A stretch of 20,000 bases of DNA from assembly GCA_049999805.1 (NCBI GenBank), contig JBNGIO010006348.1, positions 571,402-591,401 of the forward strand, given 5' to 3'. The notes beneath the pieces were generated by a model, which did not search any database, was not told the origin of the DNA, and saw only the letters and a list, made by a program, of their open reading frames with translations. The stretch's first letter is position 1, and every line of letters begins with the position of its first letter. A program made the position numbers and the translations under genes. Positions 1 through 9,754 of the stretch are shown here, piece by piece. This DNA is from Folioceros fuciformis. Lineage: Eukaryota.

Positions 1-1349
1 ATGTCGTACTTAAATGCTCTACATGCACCATGGCATGCCTACTAGAAGTCTAATCTACTTCTCGTGGAGCCCCACTTCTTGTGGTGCAACATGTACGTTA
101 GTTACTTAGTTTACACAAATTTGTTTGTAAGGGACTATCAAGTGAGGTAGCAAATTGTACAAGTTTGCTAGGTTCACCCTCATCTCGAACGAGTTTGAAT
201 CTCTCGGGCAGCGTTGAAGGCACTTACAAAGCGCGCATAGCTTTTGGCATTTTGACACTTCATAAGCGGTCGATGTAAGTATGCGTTACCTGAATCTCAC
301 CGCAGCAAATGAACAAGGACCCGCATCACCAATCTAGACGCTCGTCGTGTTGTGGCTTGTATCCTCTCCTCCCTTTCCCTATCACGCTTGCGTGTGCACA
401 CAAGCCGTTTGGTGAGTAGGCGAATTTATTTCTACGAGTTTGGAACCAAAAGCCCTCTTGTGTAAAGGTGAATGTTACCTAGGCTTGGAGAACATGAACA
501 TGAAACCATTGTAGCAGCGAATCCACCAAAGCATAAAAACAAGAACGTTTTAGAAAATGGTAGCAAACAATGTGCGAAGCGCCTACATCATTGTTGGTAC
601 GGCATGGACAACAATATGTAACACATTGCAGAACCAAAAAATGTGGTAGCAACGCTCCTAATTCTTGGTCACCACCTCCTCCTACCGCTACTCTTGGTGG
701 TGCTGTTGTTGCTCTTGGTTCGACTCTTGGTCGACGGATCCGGAGGATGATGGAACGAGGGTACAAAGAGTGAGTTGCGTTTCAAGAGTTGAGCGAGGTC
801 GGCAAACTCAACACCACACTTTTGTTTTGGATGGTGCTCCAACTAGGTGGGGTGAGAAGGGATGTCCTACTACAACTAGGCTTTCACGTGCTTGTGACCG
901 TTGATGAGTTGCACTCCTATTGTAGAGTGCCCAACCATGTGGTGCGTGTAGGGGGTGTGCAACAGGCCAGGCAAGGAGAAGAAGGCCCTTGCCATGTCCT
1001 TGCAATCACCTCCAACCATTGTTCGTAAACGTCCAACGTATTTTTTTGGAAACATGGAAGAAATTACCATGAAAATAGAACAATAAATTAATAATGATAA
1101 TAATTCAATGATGCATAAAAATACTTGATTCTGCTCAACGGGAACCGTCTCTTGTTTACATAGAAATGTGCGCTTAGGATTGCTTTTTTGCCTCCGCCTT
1201 CGTCTTCATCTCATCTTGGAGAAGTGAGAGAAAGTTATCTCTTAATTCTCTCATGACCTTTGTTTCCACTTCCATTTTCATACCATATCGAACTTCTTCA
1301 AAAGTGAATTCGCTAGCTGCATAAACAGCTCCACCCACAATGTCACGTA

Positions 1350-2102
1350 TACAATACTTTCTTGCTAATTGTCTTGCTGATTCTGCGTGTTCCGAGCATC
1401 ACCCCGTTCTCGGAATGAGCCACGATCTCTGTGGCCTCTCCCACGCTGGTTCGAAAAGAAAACAGTGTCTCTCCCTTGAGACATACCTGAACCAGTGTTT
1501 AGACCAAGCTTAACTTCTCATGGAGCAACAAAGCAACCAATTCATCCCAACTTGGGGACTCAGCTCTCACAGAGATTGATGTGTCAAAGGACTTGTTCCT
1601 TGAGGACTTCGTTCAGAGTAGCTGCAACCATGTCATCTTCCGTCACACTTGCACCGATTGTAGCAAGCTGATCAGTTATGGTCTTCACCTCTGTTGTATA
1701 CACGAGCATGGTTGTGGTACCTCGTGACAAGTTGTTGAATTGCTGCTTCAACTAGATTTTCCTAGCATGTGTGACATTCCCATAGTTCCTCATGAGTATG
1801 TCCCATGCATCTTTCGGAGACTCACATCCCGTGATCTGTATGACCATAGCATCTCAAATACTTAAGGAGAGCTAGTGTAACACTTTACATGCTCTCTTAG
1901 TCCAATGCTTGTGAGCAGTCTTTTGCTCCTGTGATGGAGTACGATCCATCTCCGATTCACTCTCATCACCTATGTAGAGGTCCCAATAGCGTCTACCTAC
2001 CAAGAAGTTCTTCATCCTGAACTTCCACAAAGCAAAATTCTTGTTATCCAACTTCTCTCCCACAACCTGAGAGATATTGTTTGATCCCTGCACATTAACC
2101 AT
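1350..2102 (-). pseudogene. gag: Ty1/copia gag (UBN2/Retrotran_gag_2-like), disrupted and 3'-truncated
   Basis: Reads MVNVQGSNNISQVVGEKLDNKNFALWKFRMKNFLVGRRYWD..., the typical copia Gag start (KL..NF..W...M..FL). It continues through in-frame stops at 1872-74, 1854-56 and 1752-54 as ...GCESPKDAWDILMRNYG...LKQQFNNL...ITDQLATIGASVTEDDMVAATLN. After a frameshift near 1595 it reads SFDTSISVRAESPSWDELVALLLHE, then an RG-rich stretch. No zinc knuckle or pol was recognised further downstream. The left end is approximate. Confidence 0.88.
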
Positions 2103-2661
2103 GATTCAGGGTCCTTTACACGCCAACATTGTCCTGCACCTTAGGTCAGTTGCCTTCTCTTGCTTGCTGTGCCACCAAGTCCCTTGAGGACAGATTGTCA
2201 AAACAATTTCATGCGTCTTCCAACAAATGTTTTTGACAATCTTGAGTGCAACTTCTTGCACTGCTGTAGAGCTCCAACACTCCACAAGCCTCAATCAGAT
2301 CTCAACAATTCCTGAATGTGCAGCTGACTCTTCGCTAAGCAAAAATAGCCTTTGCTCAAGCTTTCAAAAAACAAAAAAAACAAAATACTGTTTGCCAAGT
2401 TCAGGCCTTCCTCCTCGCAAATCCTGGGCCTGCTGTGGCTTCCACGGCCTGGTTGCCTCCAGCAGTTGCTGCTCCTCCTGAGTCTCTTTCCCTCTCGCAC
2501 CTCTCGCGCCCTCTTGCGCCTGTGGCGCCTCTTACGGCTTCCTATGCCTACGCCGTTGTGCCTCCTGTGCCTCTCAATGGCTTGCATTGCCAGCCACCTT
2601 CACGGTCACAGCCATAGCCTCAAACCCCTGCCATAGCCACCATGGCTGCCGGCGCTCTCTT

Positions 2662-2675
2662 TGGCTCTGATACCA
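2662..2675 (-). promoter_or_regulatory. Primer binding site complementary to initiator tRNA-Met
   Basis: The + strand reads TGGCTCTGATACCA, so the minus strand reads TGGTATCAGAGCCA, the canonical plant retrotransposon iMet PBS. It lies directly next to the putative LTR end. Confidence 0.93.
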
Positions 2676-2903
2676 TATTGAAATAGCACTACTAGCTTAG
2701 ATGGACTCCACAGTACATTCCTTATGGTGCACAGGGTGCTACATATATAGCCTTTGGGTGGGGCAACCCTTGAGGCCTTAGTCTTGAGGGTGCAATATCT
2801 TGGTATATCCTGATATATCCTGATAACACTTAGGTGGTAGATAACTACGAGTTCAATATGGGATAATCTACATTATCCTAAGTGTTGTATGCTCTTAATA
2901 ACA
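2676..2903 (-). repeat. Putative 5' LTR (~225 bp) of the minus-strand copia element
   Basis: The minus strand starts TGTTA at 2903 and ends ...CA(ATA) just before the PBS (2679 or 2676). A TATA-like CTATATAT lies at 2750-2743. The outer boundary is inferred from the TG motif and the switch to unrelated gag sequence, since there is no partner LTR to confirm it. Confidence 0.65.
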
Positions 2904-3600
2904 ATTCAGATAGAGCTTGATTTCTAACAAGTCCGCTATTGACGCCTGGGTACGGCAAGACAGACAGGCTATGCATATGCTAATCTTCGGATTAGACGAG
3001 GTTACCTTACACCATACTGATGGTGCCATAACCTCTGCTGAAGCTTGGAAGCAACTCATAGATATCTATCAATCTACTAATGTGATGACTCTTGTTACGG
3101 TACGTTTGGAGTTCTACTCATTACGTATGCAACCTAACGACATTGTTGCTCAGCACATAAGCAAGTTTAGGTATCTGCGCGCTCAACTTGCAGCACTTGG
3201 AATGGTAATCTCCGAATTTGATGCTGCGGTCCAGCTCTTAGCTAGCCTCCCGGCTAGTTATCAAACCTTTGTCTCATCCCAGAATCAGATGGTGAGAAAT
3301 GCTCACCAAGCTGTTAGGTCGGGCCAAGTCCCGAATATAATTGTGTCAGAGATTGCTGGAGCTCTCTTGCAAGAGGAGGCTGCCAGGTTCAATGTTGGCA
3401 CATCTTAATACGGGGGAGAAAGGGTCATGTTCGTGACCAACGATAGGTCATAATAGAATAAGAACAGGAGCTCTCAGGGATCTTCGGGTTCTTCCAAGTC
3501 TCCTAAGCGAGAGGGGACATGTCATTGGTGCCAAATGACTAGCCATTGGGAGAGAGAGTGTCGGAAGAAACAGGCTGGTGAGGCCCGCTAGGAGCTAAGG
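2904..3600 (+). pseudogene. gag: Second Ty1/copia gag lacking its N-terminus, with CCHC zinc knuckle
   Basis: ORF 2917-3408 (W..QDRQAMHML...SAEAWKQLIDIY...LRLEFYSLRM-like...HISKF...QLAALG..ISE....QLLASLPASY) is UBN2-like. The same frame continues through stops at 3406, 3451 and 3454 to CHWCQMTSHWEREC (C-x2-C-x4-H-x4-C) at 3520-3561. Confidence 0.88.
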
Positions 3601-4900
3601 ATGGAGAATGCTGCCATCATCTCCAAGGCCAAGACCCAATATCTCGATCAACCCGACCTCGTGCTCTAACTGTGTGTTTGGTGGTTTTTATCTACAGGAT
3701 CTGTGGCTAATTGCTTTTGTGGCGTTAGTGCACGACTGTAGCCACAAACACATGTTCACATCATGGCGAAAGATATCGTCTTCGTATGACAAGTCTTGCA
3801 AGACAACACGTTCCGCTTGATTTCGGCCAGGGAGATTGTCTTCTCTACCCAATCTTGCATGCGGTCGTCCACGTCATGCCTTGTACATTTCGTGGGCAGA
3901 TCTATTCTTACATTTGTTGCCTCACTAATCTCGTGGCATCAATCTTGATAGATGGTCCATTTAGAGGGGGATCGTACAGTGGCGATGCTCTTCTCATACT
4001 TCCATGTTCTGGATGCTAGTTGCACTGCTCTTTATAATTGGCTTCTTCAACTCAAGCGTTTCCAATGTTCATAGTTTACGCTCGAGAGGGAGAAGATGAA
4101 CAAGCTATGGCGAGGAGTACCAGTGAACTTAATATCAGAATCATGGTGCTCCGTTACATTGGTGTGGTGCATGGCATTCCCAAGGCACCTATGGAATAGA
4201 AAAAAAAGGAGTTCAACAAGCCGACTTCACTACCTCTAAAGACATGCAGATTATCTTTGTTGCAAAGGGAGTTCTACTTATGCTTTCAAAGGGTTACAAT
4301 CCTGAAGCAGCTAAGTAGAGTTGTTGGCAATTGGTGATGAATATGATTATTTGGCTTTCTTAGAAAAGTGGTCATTGGAATGGTAGATTGTAGATACTGT
4401 ATGATGCTGTACGATTTAGGTCGCTCATTTGGTGGGGCTATCCGTTTTTGTTCCGTCACTAGGAGTTGTAAGATGTTGCAGAAAGCTTACTCTTTTCTGG
4501 TCACAAGAATGGTGTTTTTCTCCACGAGTTGCTGTACGCTACAAGCTCATTGTGAGGCAGTTTGACCGACTCTAGGTAATAGCCGAATTGAGCAAGGCTG
4601 GAAACTTGACTACAACAAGAGTGATCTCCTTTTGTTTAATGGAGCTCTTAGATAACAGCAACCCGCAACGTGTCTGAGAGGGAGAGTTAGAAGAAAAAGC
4701 AAACCACATTGGTTAGTCTAACTAGGCCTTGGCTTTAAATGTAGTTAGTTAACTAGCAAGCTAGTGAAAGGACACAATCCTTCGTAACCCTTTACAAGCG
4801 CACCTATGAACCTAAACCTTAGTTGATTGTTTATTCTTCTTAGTAAAGCATCTGCTTGATACAAGATGCTTCCGCATGGCATTTCTAACTTAAAGGCGCC
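2904..4900 (+). mobile_element. Highly decayed, internally deleted plus-strand copia remnant
   Basis: Contains gag and the zinc knuckle. A frameshifted relic at ~4295-4390 resembles the pre-RT motif (EA....W..AM..E...L..N.TW.LV). A polypurine tract GAGAGGGAG at 4676-4684 followed by AGTTAG resembles a PPT/3' LTR junction (GAGGGGGAG-TGTTAG). The right end is not defined. Confidence 0.5.
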
Positions 4901-5175
4901 ACACAACTACAAAAGGAGAGAGAGCAGGCCAAAGGTTGGACCAAATCAAGGTGAAACCTGATCATAGTAGAGAAAGTGGTTGGTGCGATTCAGAAAGCCT
5001 AGATGCTAGGTTGAGCCAAGAGCCAAGAGCTTGTGCCCTTTCCTGAGCATGAATAAAGTCGTGCCCAAACGAGCTTGGGGATAGAAGAATCCCGAAGAAT
5101 ATTAAGCTACAGCTGCTCGTAATCCTCCTCAAGAAGAGAATCTTGGAGTTAGAAGCTCATGGAGTTTGTGCAATA

Positions 5176-5244
5176 CATCCGAACTAGAACTTAAGAGAAT
5201 TAGGATGCAACGCATCTAAACTAGAAATTAAGAGAATTGCATCC
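5176..5244. repeat. Imperfect direct repeat (2 x 26 bp, 37-bp period) with an overlapping 8-bp inverted repeat
   Basis: CATCCGAACTAGAACTTAAGAGAATT (5176-5201) and CATCTAAACTAGAAATTAAGAGAATT (5213-5238). GGATGCAA (5203-5210) is the reverse complement of TTGCATCC (5237-5244). Confidence 0.75.
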
Positions 5245-5321
5245 CAAGTATCTAGGATAATACTATGATCGAGATCATGTTTATCCTCATCGACATATAG
5301 TAATGTTTGAAGACTATATAT

Positions 5322-5361
5322 GTATGCATGGACCATGAGTAGTATGCATGGACCATGAGTA
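5322..5361. repeat. Perfect 2 x 20-bp tandem duplication
   Basis: GTATGCATGGACCATGAGTA at 5322-5341 and 5342-5361. Confidence 0.95.
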
Positions 5362-5562
5362 GCGAACCATAGACTTGAACTTAGGATCCGCTGTTTTCCA
5401 ACATATTGAGTAGTGGACCAGAGATTGAACTTATGATCCGCTGTTTTCCAACAGATTGAGTAGTGGACCAGAGATTGAACTTATGATCCGTTATTTTCTA
5501 ACAGGTTGAGTAGTGTGGACAAGAGATTGAACTTGGGATCCGCTGTTTTCTAACAGATTGAG
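5356..5562. repeat. Tandem array of 4 x ~50-bp units
   Basis: Units start at 5356, 5407, 5457 and 5507. Consensus is approximately TGAGTAGTGGACCAGAGATTGAACTTATGATCCGCTGTTTTCYAACAGAT. The array ends 20 bp before the ATG at 5583. Confidence 0.95.
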
Positions 5563-5582
5563 CCGGGGAAAAGAAAATCAGA

Positions 5583-6905
5583 ATGGCCTCCAGCAGCCGC
5601 AGCGGTGGCAGCGTCGCGGAAGACAACAGCAGAGCGCTCCCGGAGGCTACCAGCACGGTCCCCGACAGCAGCGAGGTGGACGAGACGGAGGACCTCTGCT
5701 GCATGTGCCACAACGGAGGGTCTCTCATCTCGTGTGATGGCCCCTGCCGACGGGCCTTCCACGCTAACACGGATGAGATGGGAGTACTAGACAATTGCAA
5801 CACGTTGGACATATCTGACGAGGAGTTCGAATTCTATTGCAACTCTAGCGATTCCTTTTTTTGCAATAATTGCAGATACGGCAAGATGCAATGCCACAGG
5901 TGCAAGGGTCTCGGGTCATGGAACACTTCTGACAAGGGGCGGAAAGAATGTAAGCCACAAGTAAGCGCCGGATTTGAAGGCTGGAAAATTGCTTGTAGCT
6001 GAAGGTTGGAGCAACGTTGCCTGAAACTGGAAGAACTATTCGTTTCCTCTGCTGTAGGAGGTTTTCCGTTGCGTTGTGCCGGGCTGCAATAAGTTCTACC
6101 ACCGGCGCTGTTCTCCGGCACGCTGCAGGAGACATAAGTGCGCTGCTTGCGATGTCGAGACTAAGGATGAGAGCAATCCTCTTGTTCCCTGCCGGCTGTG
6201 CGACACGGCTTGGCACAAAGAGTGCCTGGATCCGTAGGTGTTTCGTATCCTGGTTTACTGACTTCCTTTGCTTGCGCACAGGATTTTGAATGCCCGGCAG
6301 CTGCATCCTGCATTTGCTGCTGCAGGATCAGGCTGCAGTTATGGTGCGAAGAGTTCTCATCCAACCTGCTCTCCCTCTTTGCAGTGATATCAATTTCGAC
6401 GAAGATTCCAAGAACCAGCGCGGATGGAAGATCATGGACCAGGATGACAAGAAAATATTACACATGTTTATCTTCTGCCGGTAAGCAATGCTTGCAATGG
6501 TGAAATCTCGCATGCAGTTTCCTCTTCCTCCGCGTTTGATTCTTGCAACTTCGCTGCTGCAGAGACCACCAGGCCAAATCCAGCACGGCCAAGTTCAATC
6601 CTTCGGACCTGATAGTTTTCCCTCCCGAGCACCCTCGTGAGAAAGCCGCTAGGAGATTGCGGATTCGTGAGAAGGTGTGGGAATGCGCAGTGTGCGGCAA
6701 AGTCGGTTCCCTGACGCTGCAAAACGAGTCTCAGGATTCAGTGCTCGCCGTGTGCAACATATGCCAAGGGGAATACCTGGTGAAAACCTCCGAATGCGAC
6801 CAAGGACTGCGGTCGCACCCGAGAAACGCGAGGTTCGGCGGCCGCGTGATTATCTTTGAGCGCGGGCCCTTGGCCTTACGCCCCGGTGGAACGTCTGGTT
6901 CATAG
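5583..6905 (+). CDS. EDM2-like composite PHD zinc-finger protein, ~330 aa; exons 5583-5960, 6058-6233, 6385-6480, 6563-6905
   Basis: Three GT-AG introns (97, 151, 82 nt) give an open 993-nt CDS. The motif order matches the EDM2 PHD region as I recall it: CCMCHNGGSLISCDGPCRRAFH...FFCNNCRYGKMQCHRCKGLGS...EVFRCVVPGCNKFYH..C...CRRHKCAAC...VPCRLCDTAWHKECL.PDINF...RGW...MFIFCRDH...VFP. Confidence 0.85.
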
Positions 6906-7255
6906 AGAAACCCATGATGGCGTTGCGAGCTGAGTAGAGATACATAGACATACATATTTATGTCCATACGTGCCTGGCTTAAGCGAACGGACCATTGTCT
7001 ACTGTGTTCCACTCTTTATGTTCGCTTCAATGCCCGGCACGATGATGTGTAATGCTTGTGGGATTGACCTACCAGCCTGCAGGACGGTGCAACAACAGGA
7101 CGAAAGGCAGGATTCCTTACAACTATGCGGCTGTGCCGCTTCCTGTTACTTGTTCTCCGCTGTTGCTGCATTCGTGGGCTTATTCACGGCCATCCACAAT
7201 GCATCGGCTGATTTAAATAAATGATTTCCTCCAAAATTTGCTGTTGCTGTGTCCG

Positions 7256-9754
7256 ATGGGGTCCGTCTCGGTACAGGGTGGATTGCACCTGCATGGCGGG
7301 ACGGCTGGGGGAGAGAAATGCCTGTCGGTGAGGCTGGTTGTTCGGATGGCTTCCTTGCCTGGACCTCGCAAGGGCTTGGCGGCCAGAAATTCGTCTGGCT
7401 GGAAGGCGGTCACAGTGCGCCCTAGTTGGGTTGGATTCGGGGGGGAATGTAGGAAAGGGAGGGGACTGTGCACTGCGGCTGTTCTGCGGAATCCCCGAAG
7501 TCAGCAGGCAGGAGTGACGGTGGAGGCGAAGGAGGAATTGGAGGAGAGGCAGGAGGTGGTGAGGGATGGGGAGCAAACGATTATACCCAACATTTTGAGG
7601 ATTCTTAGGCCTGGCAAGTGGGATTCCGAGGTGGAGAGGACCTTGGCGGAGCTGGACCCCGACTTGAAGCCCCACCATGTGCGGCTGGTGATGCAGAAGG
7701 TGCAGGATGTGGATACTGCGTGGGGATTCTTTAACTGGGCGGGGACATTGCCGGACTACCAGCACACGGAGAGCACGTATGAGCCCATGTTGAGGCACCT
7801 TGGCTACTGCCTGAGGTTTGAGGAGATTTGCGAGCTGCTCAAGGTGATGGATCGGAAAGGGGAGGACGTGCAGAATTACATCTTCCGGATTGTGTTGAGA
7901 TTCGACAGGGAGAAGAATCCTAGCGGGGCGTATAAGGCCTTTTTGGCCCTGACGGGTTGTGGCCTGCAGCCCAGCTCGGTGGTGTGCAATTTTTTGCTCG
8001 GCACTCTGTCCAGACACGGGCTGCATCAGGGGTGCATCGAGGTTTATCACCACATGCTGGCGCGTGGCTTTGTTTTGGACCAGAGAGCGTACAACCGTCT
8101 CATCTACAGCTCCTACAAAGTGGGGTTTATGGATGAGGCGTACAAGCTGTACTTGGAGATGCGGAGGCTGGGTCTGGCTGTTTCCAAGTGGACTTATGTT
8201 GCTCTAATCAATGGTCTTGTGAAGGCAGGTCTTGTCTCTGAAGGCTATGCGATCTTCAAAGAGATGGAGTTGCCTCCGAATCTCCTTGTTTTCAATGGGT
8301 TGATACACGGCCTGGGGAAGGCGGGGCAGTTCAATGAGGCGCTGAGGCTGTTCGGCACCATGGAGGAGTCTGGTGTTTTCCCTGATGTTATTACGTATTC
8401 TACGCTTATGGATCAGCTCTGCAAATCTGGGAAGATCGATGAGGCCTGCGAGCTCTTTGCCGATATGAGGCGGAAAGGGATTCCTCCCAATCTTTTCACG
8501 TACAATGTTATGATTGGAGGGCTGAACAAGGCTGGTCGCCTCCTGGAAGCCACAGGACATTTTGAAGACATGTGTAAGGCAGGTATCTCTCCTGATGTCA
8601 TTACTTACAACTCCCTCATAGATGCAAATGGTAAAGCTGGTCAAATGTTTGAGGCCATAAAACTTTTTGTTGCGATGAGAAAATCTGGAGTCACTCCAGA
8701 CATGGTCACGTACAACAGTGTCATAAGTGGATTTGCAAAAGCGGGGCAATTGGAGCAGTCGTTTCAAACACTGGACATGATGCAGGAGAATGGAATTTAC
8801 CCCAACGCCGTTACGTACAACATTCTAATCTCAGCGCTTGCTAGGACTGGACAGGTAGACCAAGCGCAAGTTATATTGGATGCTATGGCAGAAGCAGGGG
8901 TTCAGCCAAATGTTATCACTTACACGGCCTTGATCGATGGCTTGGGTAAGGCTGGTCAGCCCTCGACTGCTCTGGAGGTTTTCAACAGTCTAAAGGACAA
9001 ACCGATAGCCCCCAATGCAGTATGTTACAGTACAATCATTGGTGTGCTTTGCAAAGCAGGGCAGTATGAGGAGGCTCACAGCATTTTTGAAGACATGAAC
9101 AAGAATGGAGTTGTGCCTGATGCGGTTGCGTTTGGGACACTCATTGTTGGTTTTGGTAAAGGCGGTCAAGTAGATAAGGCTTGTTCTCTGTTTGATGAAA
9201 TGAGGCGAAGAGGTCTTGTTACAGGAGTATTTTCGTATAATGTACTCATTGGTGTGCTCAGCCGCGATGGGCAGATAGAGGAGGCTTTGAGCATTTTCAG
9301 GGATTTGGGTCAGCAAGGCTTACAACCAGATGCTATCACCTACAATACCCTGATAGATGGGCTTGGTAAGGTGGGGCGGTTAGACGAAGCTTGCAAGCTT
9401 TTGAACGAGATGAAGGAACAGAATATGTCAGGGGATGTGGTTTCGTACAGTTCTTTGATCGACAGTCTCGGCAAATTTGGCCAGATTGATAAGGCATACC
9501 AGTTGTTCAAGGATATGCAAGCCGAAGGTCTCAGCCCAAATGTGATAACGTTCTCGTCGCTGATAGATGCCTTTGCCAGGTCCGGACGATTGGATGAAGC
9601 TTGTGTTCTGTTTGAAGAGATGAAAGAGAAGGGGCTTCTTCCGAACGAGATCACGTATGCCAACATCATCAACGGGTTTAACAAGGCTGGTCAAACAAGG
9701 AAAGCGAAGGAGTTCACAGAACGGGAAATGAACCAAGATGTTTTCTTCGTATGA
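7256..9754 (+). CDS. P-class pentatricopeptide repeat protein (~832 aa, ~19 repeats), intronless, probable organellar transit peptide
   Basis: Long ORF with consecutive 35-aa repeats such as PDVITYNSLIDANGKAGQMFEAIKLFVAMRKSGVT, and no E/DYW or SMR domain. The first ATG is 7256 (the ORF-track start at 7238 is TTG). The N-terminus is R/S/G/A-rich with few acidic residues. An alternative ATG lies at 7346. Confidence 0.95.
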   Translation: MGSVSVQGGLHLHGGTAGGEKCLSVRLVVRMASLPGPRKGLAARNSSGWKAVTVRPSWVGFGGECRKGRGLCTAAVLRNPRSQQAGVTVEAKEELEERQEVVRDGEQTIIPNILRILRPGKWDSEVERTLAELDPDLKPHHVRLVMQKVQDVDTAWGFFNWAGTLPDYQHTESTYEPMLRHLGYCLRFEEICELLKVMDRKGEDVQNYIFRIVLRFDREKNPSGAYKAFLALTGCGLQPSSVVCNFLLGTLSRHGLHQGCIEVYHHMLARGFVLDQRAYNRLIYSSYKVGFMDEAYKLYLEMRRLGLAVSKWTYVALINGLVKAGLVSEGYAIFKEMELPPNLLVFNGLIHGLGKAGQFNEALRLFGTMEESGVFPDVITYSTLMDQLCKSGKIDEACELFADMRRKGIPPNLFTYNVMIGGLNKAGRLLEATGHFEDMCKAGISPDVITYNSLIDANGKAGQMFEAIKLFVAMRKSGVTPDMVTYNSVISGFAKAGQLEQSFQTLDMMQENGIYPNAVTYNILISALARTGQVDQAQVILDAMAEAGVQPNVITYTALIDGLGKAGQPSTALEVFNSLKDKPIAPNAVCYSTIIGVLCKAGQYEEAHSIFEDMNKNGVVPDAVAFGTLIVGFGKGGQVDKACSLFDEMRRRGLVTGVFSYNVLIGVLSRDGQIEEALSIFRDLGQQGLQPDAITYNTLIDGLGKVGRLDEACKLLNEMKEQNMSGDVVSYSSLIDSLGKFGQIDKAYQLFKDMQAEGLSPNVITFSSLIDAFARSGRLDEACVLFEEMKEKGLLPNEITYANIINGFNKAGQTRKAKEFTEREMNQDVFFV

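Larger units (their letters stand above)
1350..2903 (-). mobile_element. Truncated Ty1/copia LTR retrotransposon (5' LTR, PBS, leader, gag)
   Basis: The parts are in the correct order on the minus strand: LTR (2903-2676), tRNA-iMet PBS (2675-2662), ~560 nt leader, gag ATG at 2102. No second LTR copy was found in the window. Confidence 0.85.

Noticed and set aside
2291-2636. Arg-rich (-) and Leu-rich (+) short ORFs in the retroelement leader
   Set aside because: They are explained by low-complexity purine/pyrimidine strand bias and show no domain signature.
3608-4019. Possible copia protease or integrase downstream of the zinc knuckle
   Set aside because: No intact D(S/T)GA, HHCC or DDE motif could be read. 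The resemblance (HDCSHKHM) is too weak to call.
5356-5562. CRISPR-like appearance of the regularly spaced repeats
   Set aside because: The units are contiguous and similar along their whole length, with no unique spacers or cas genes, and the context is eukaryotic.
7184-8053. 289-aa minus-strand ORF and other antisense ORFs over the PPR genes
   Set aside because: They are shadows of long GC-rich coding sequence on the opposite strand and have no recognisable motifs.
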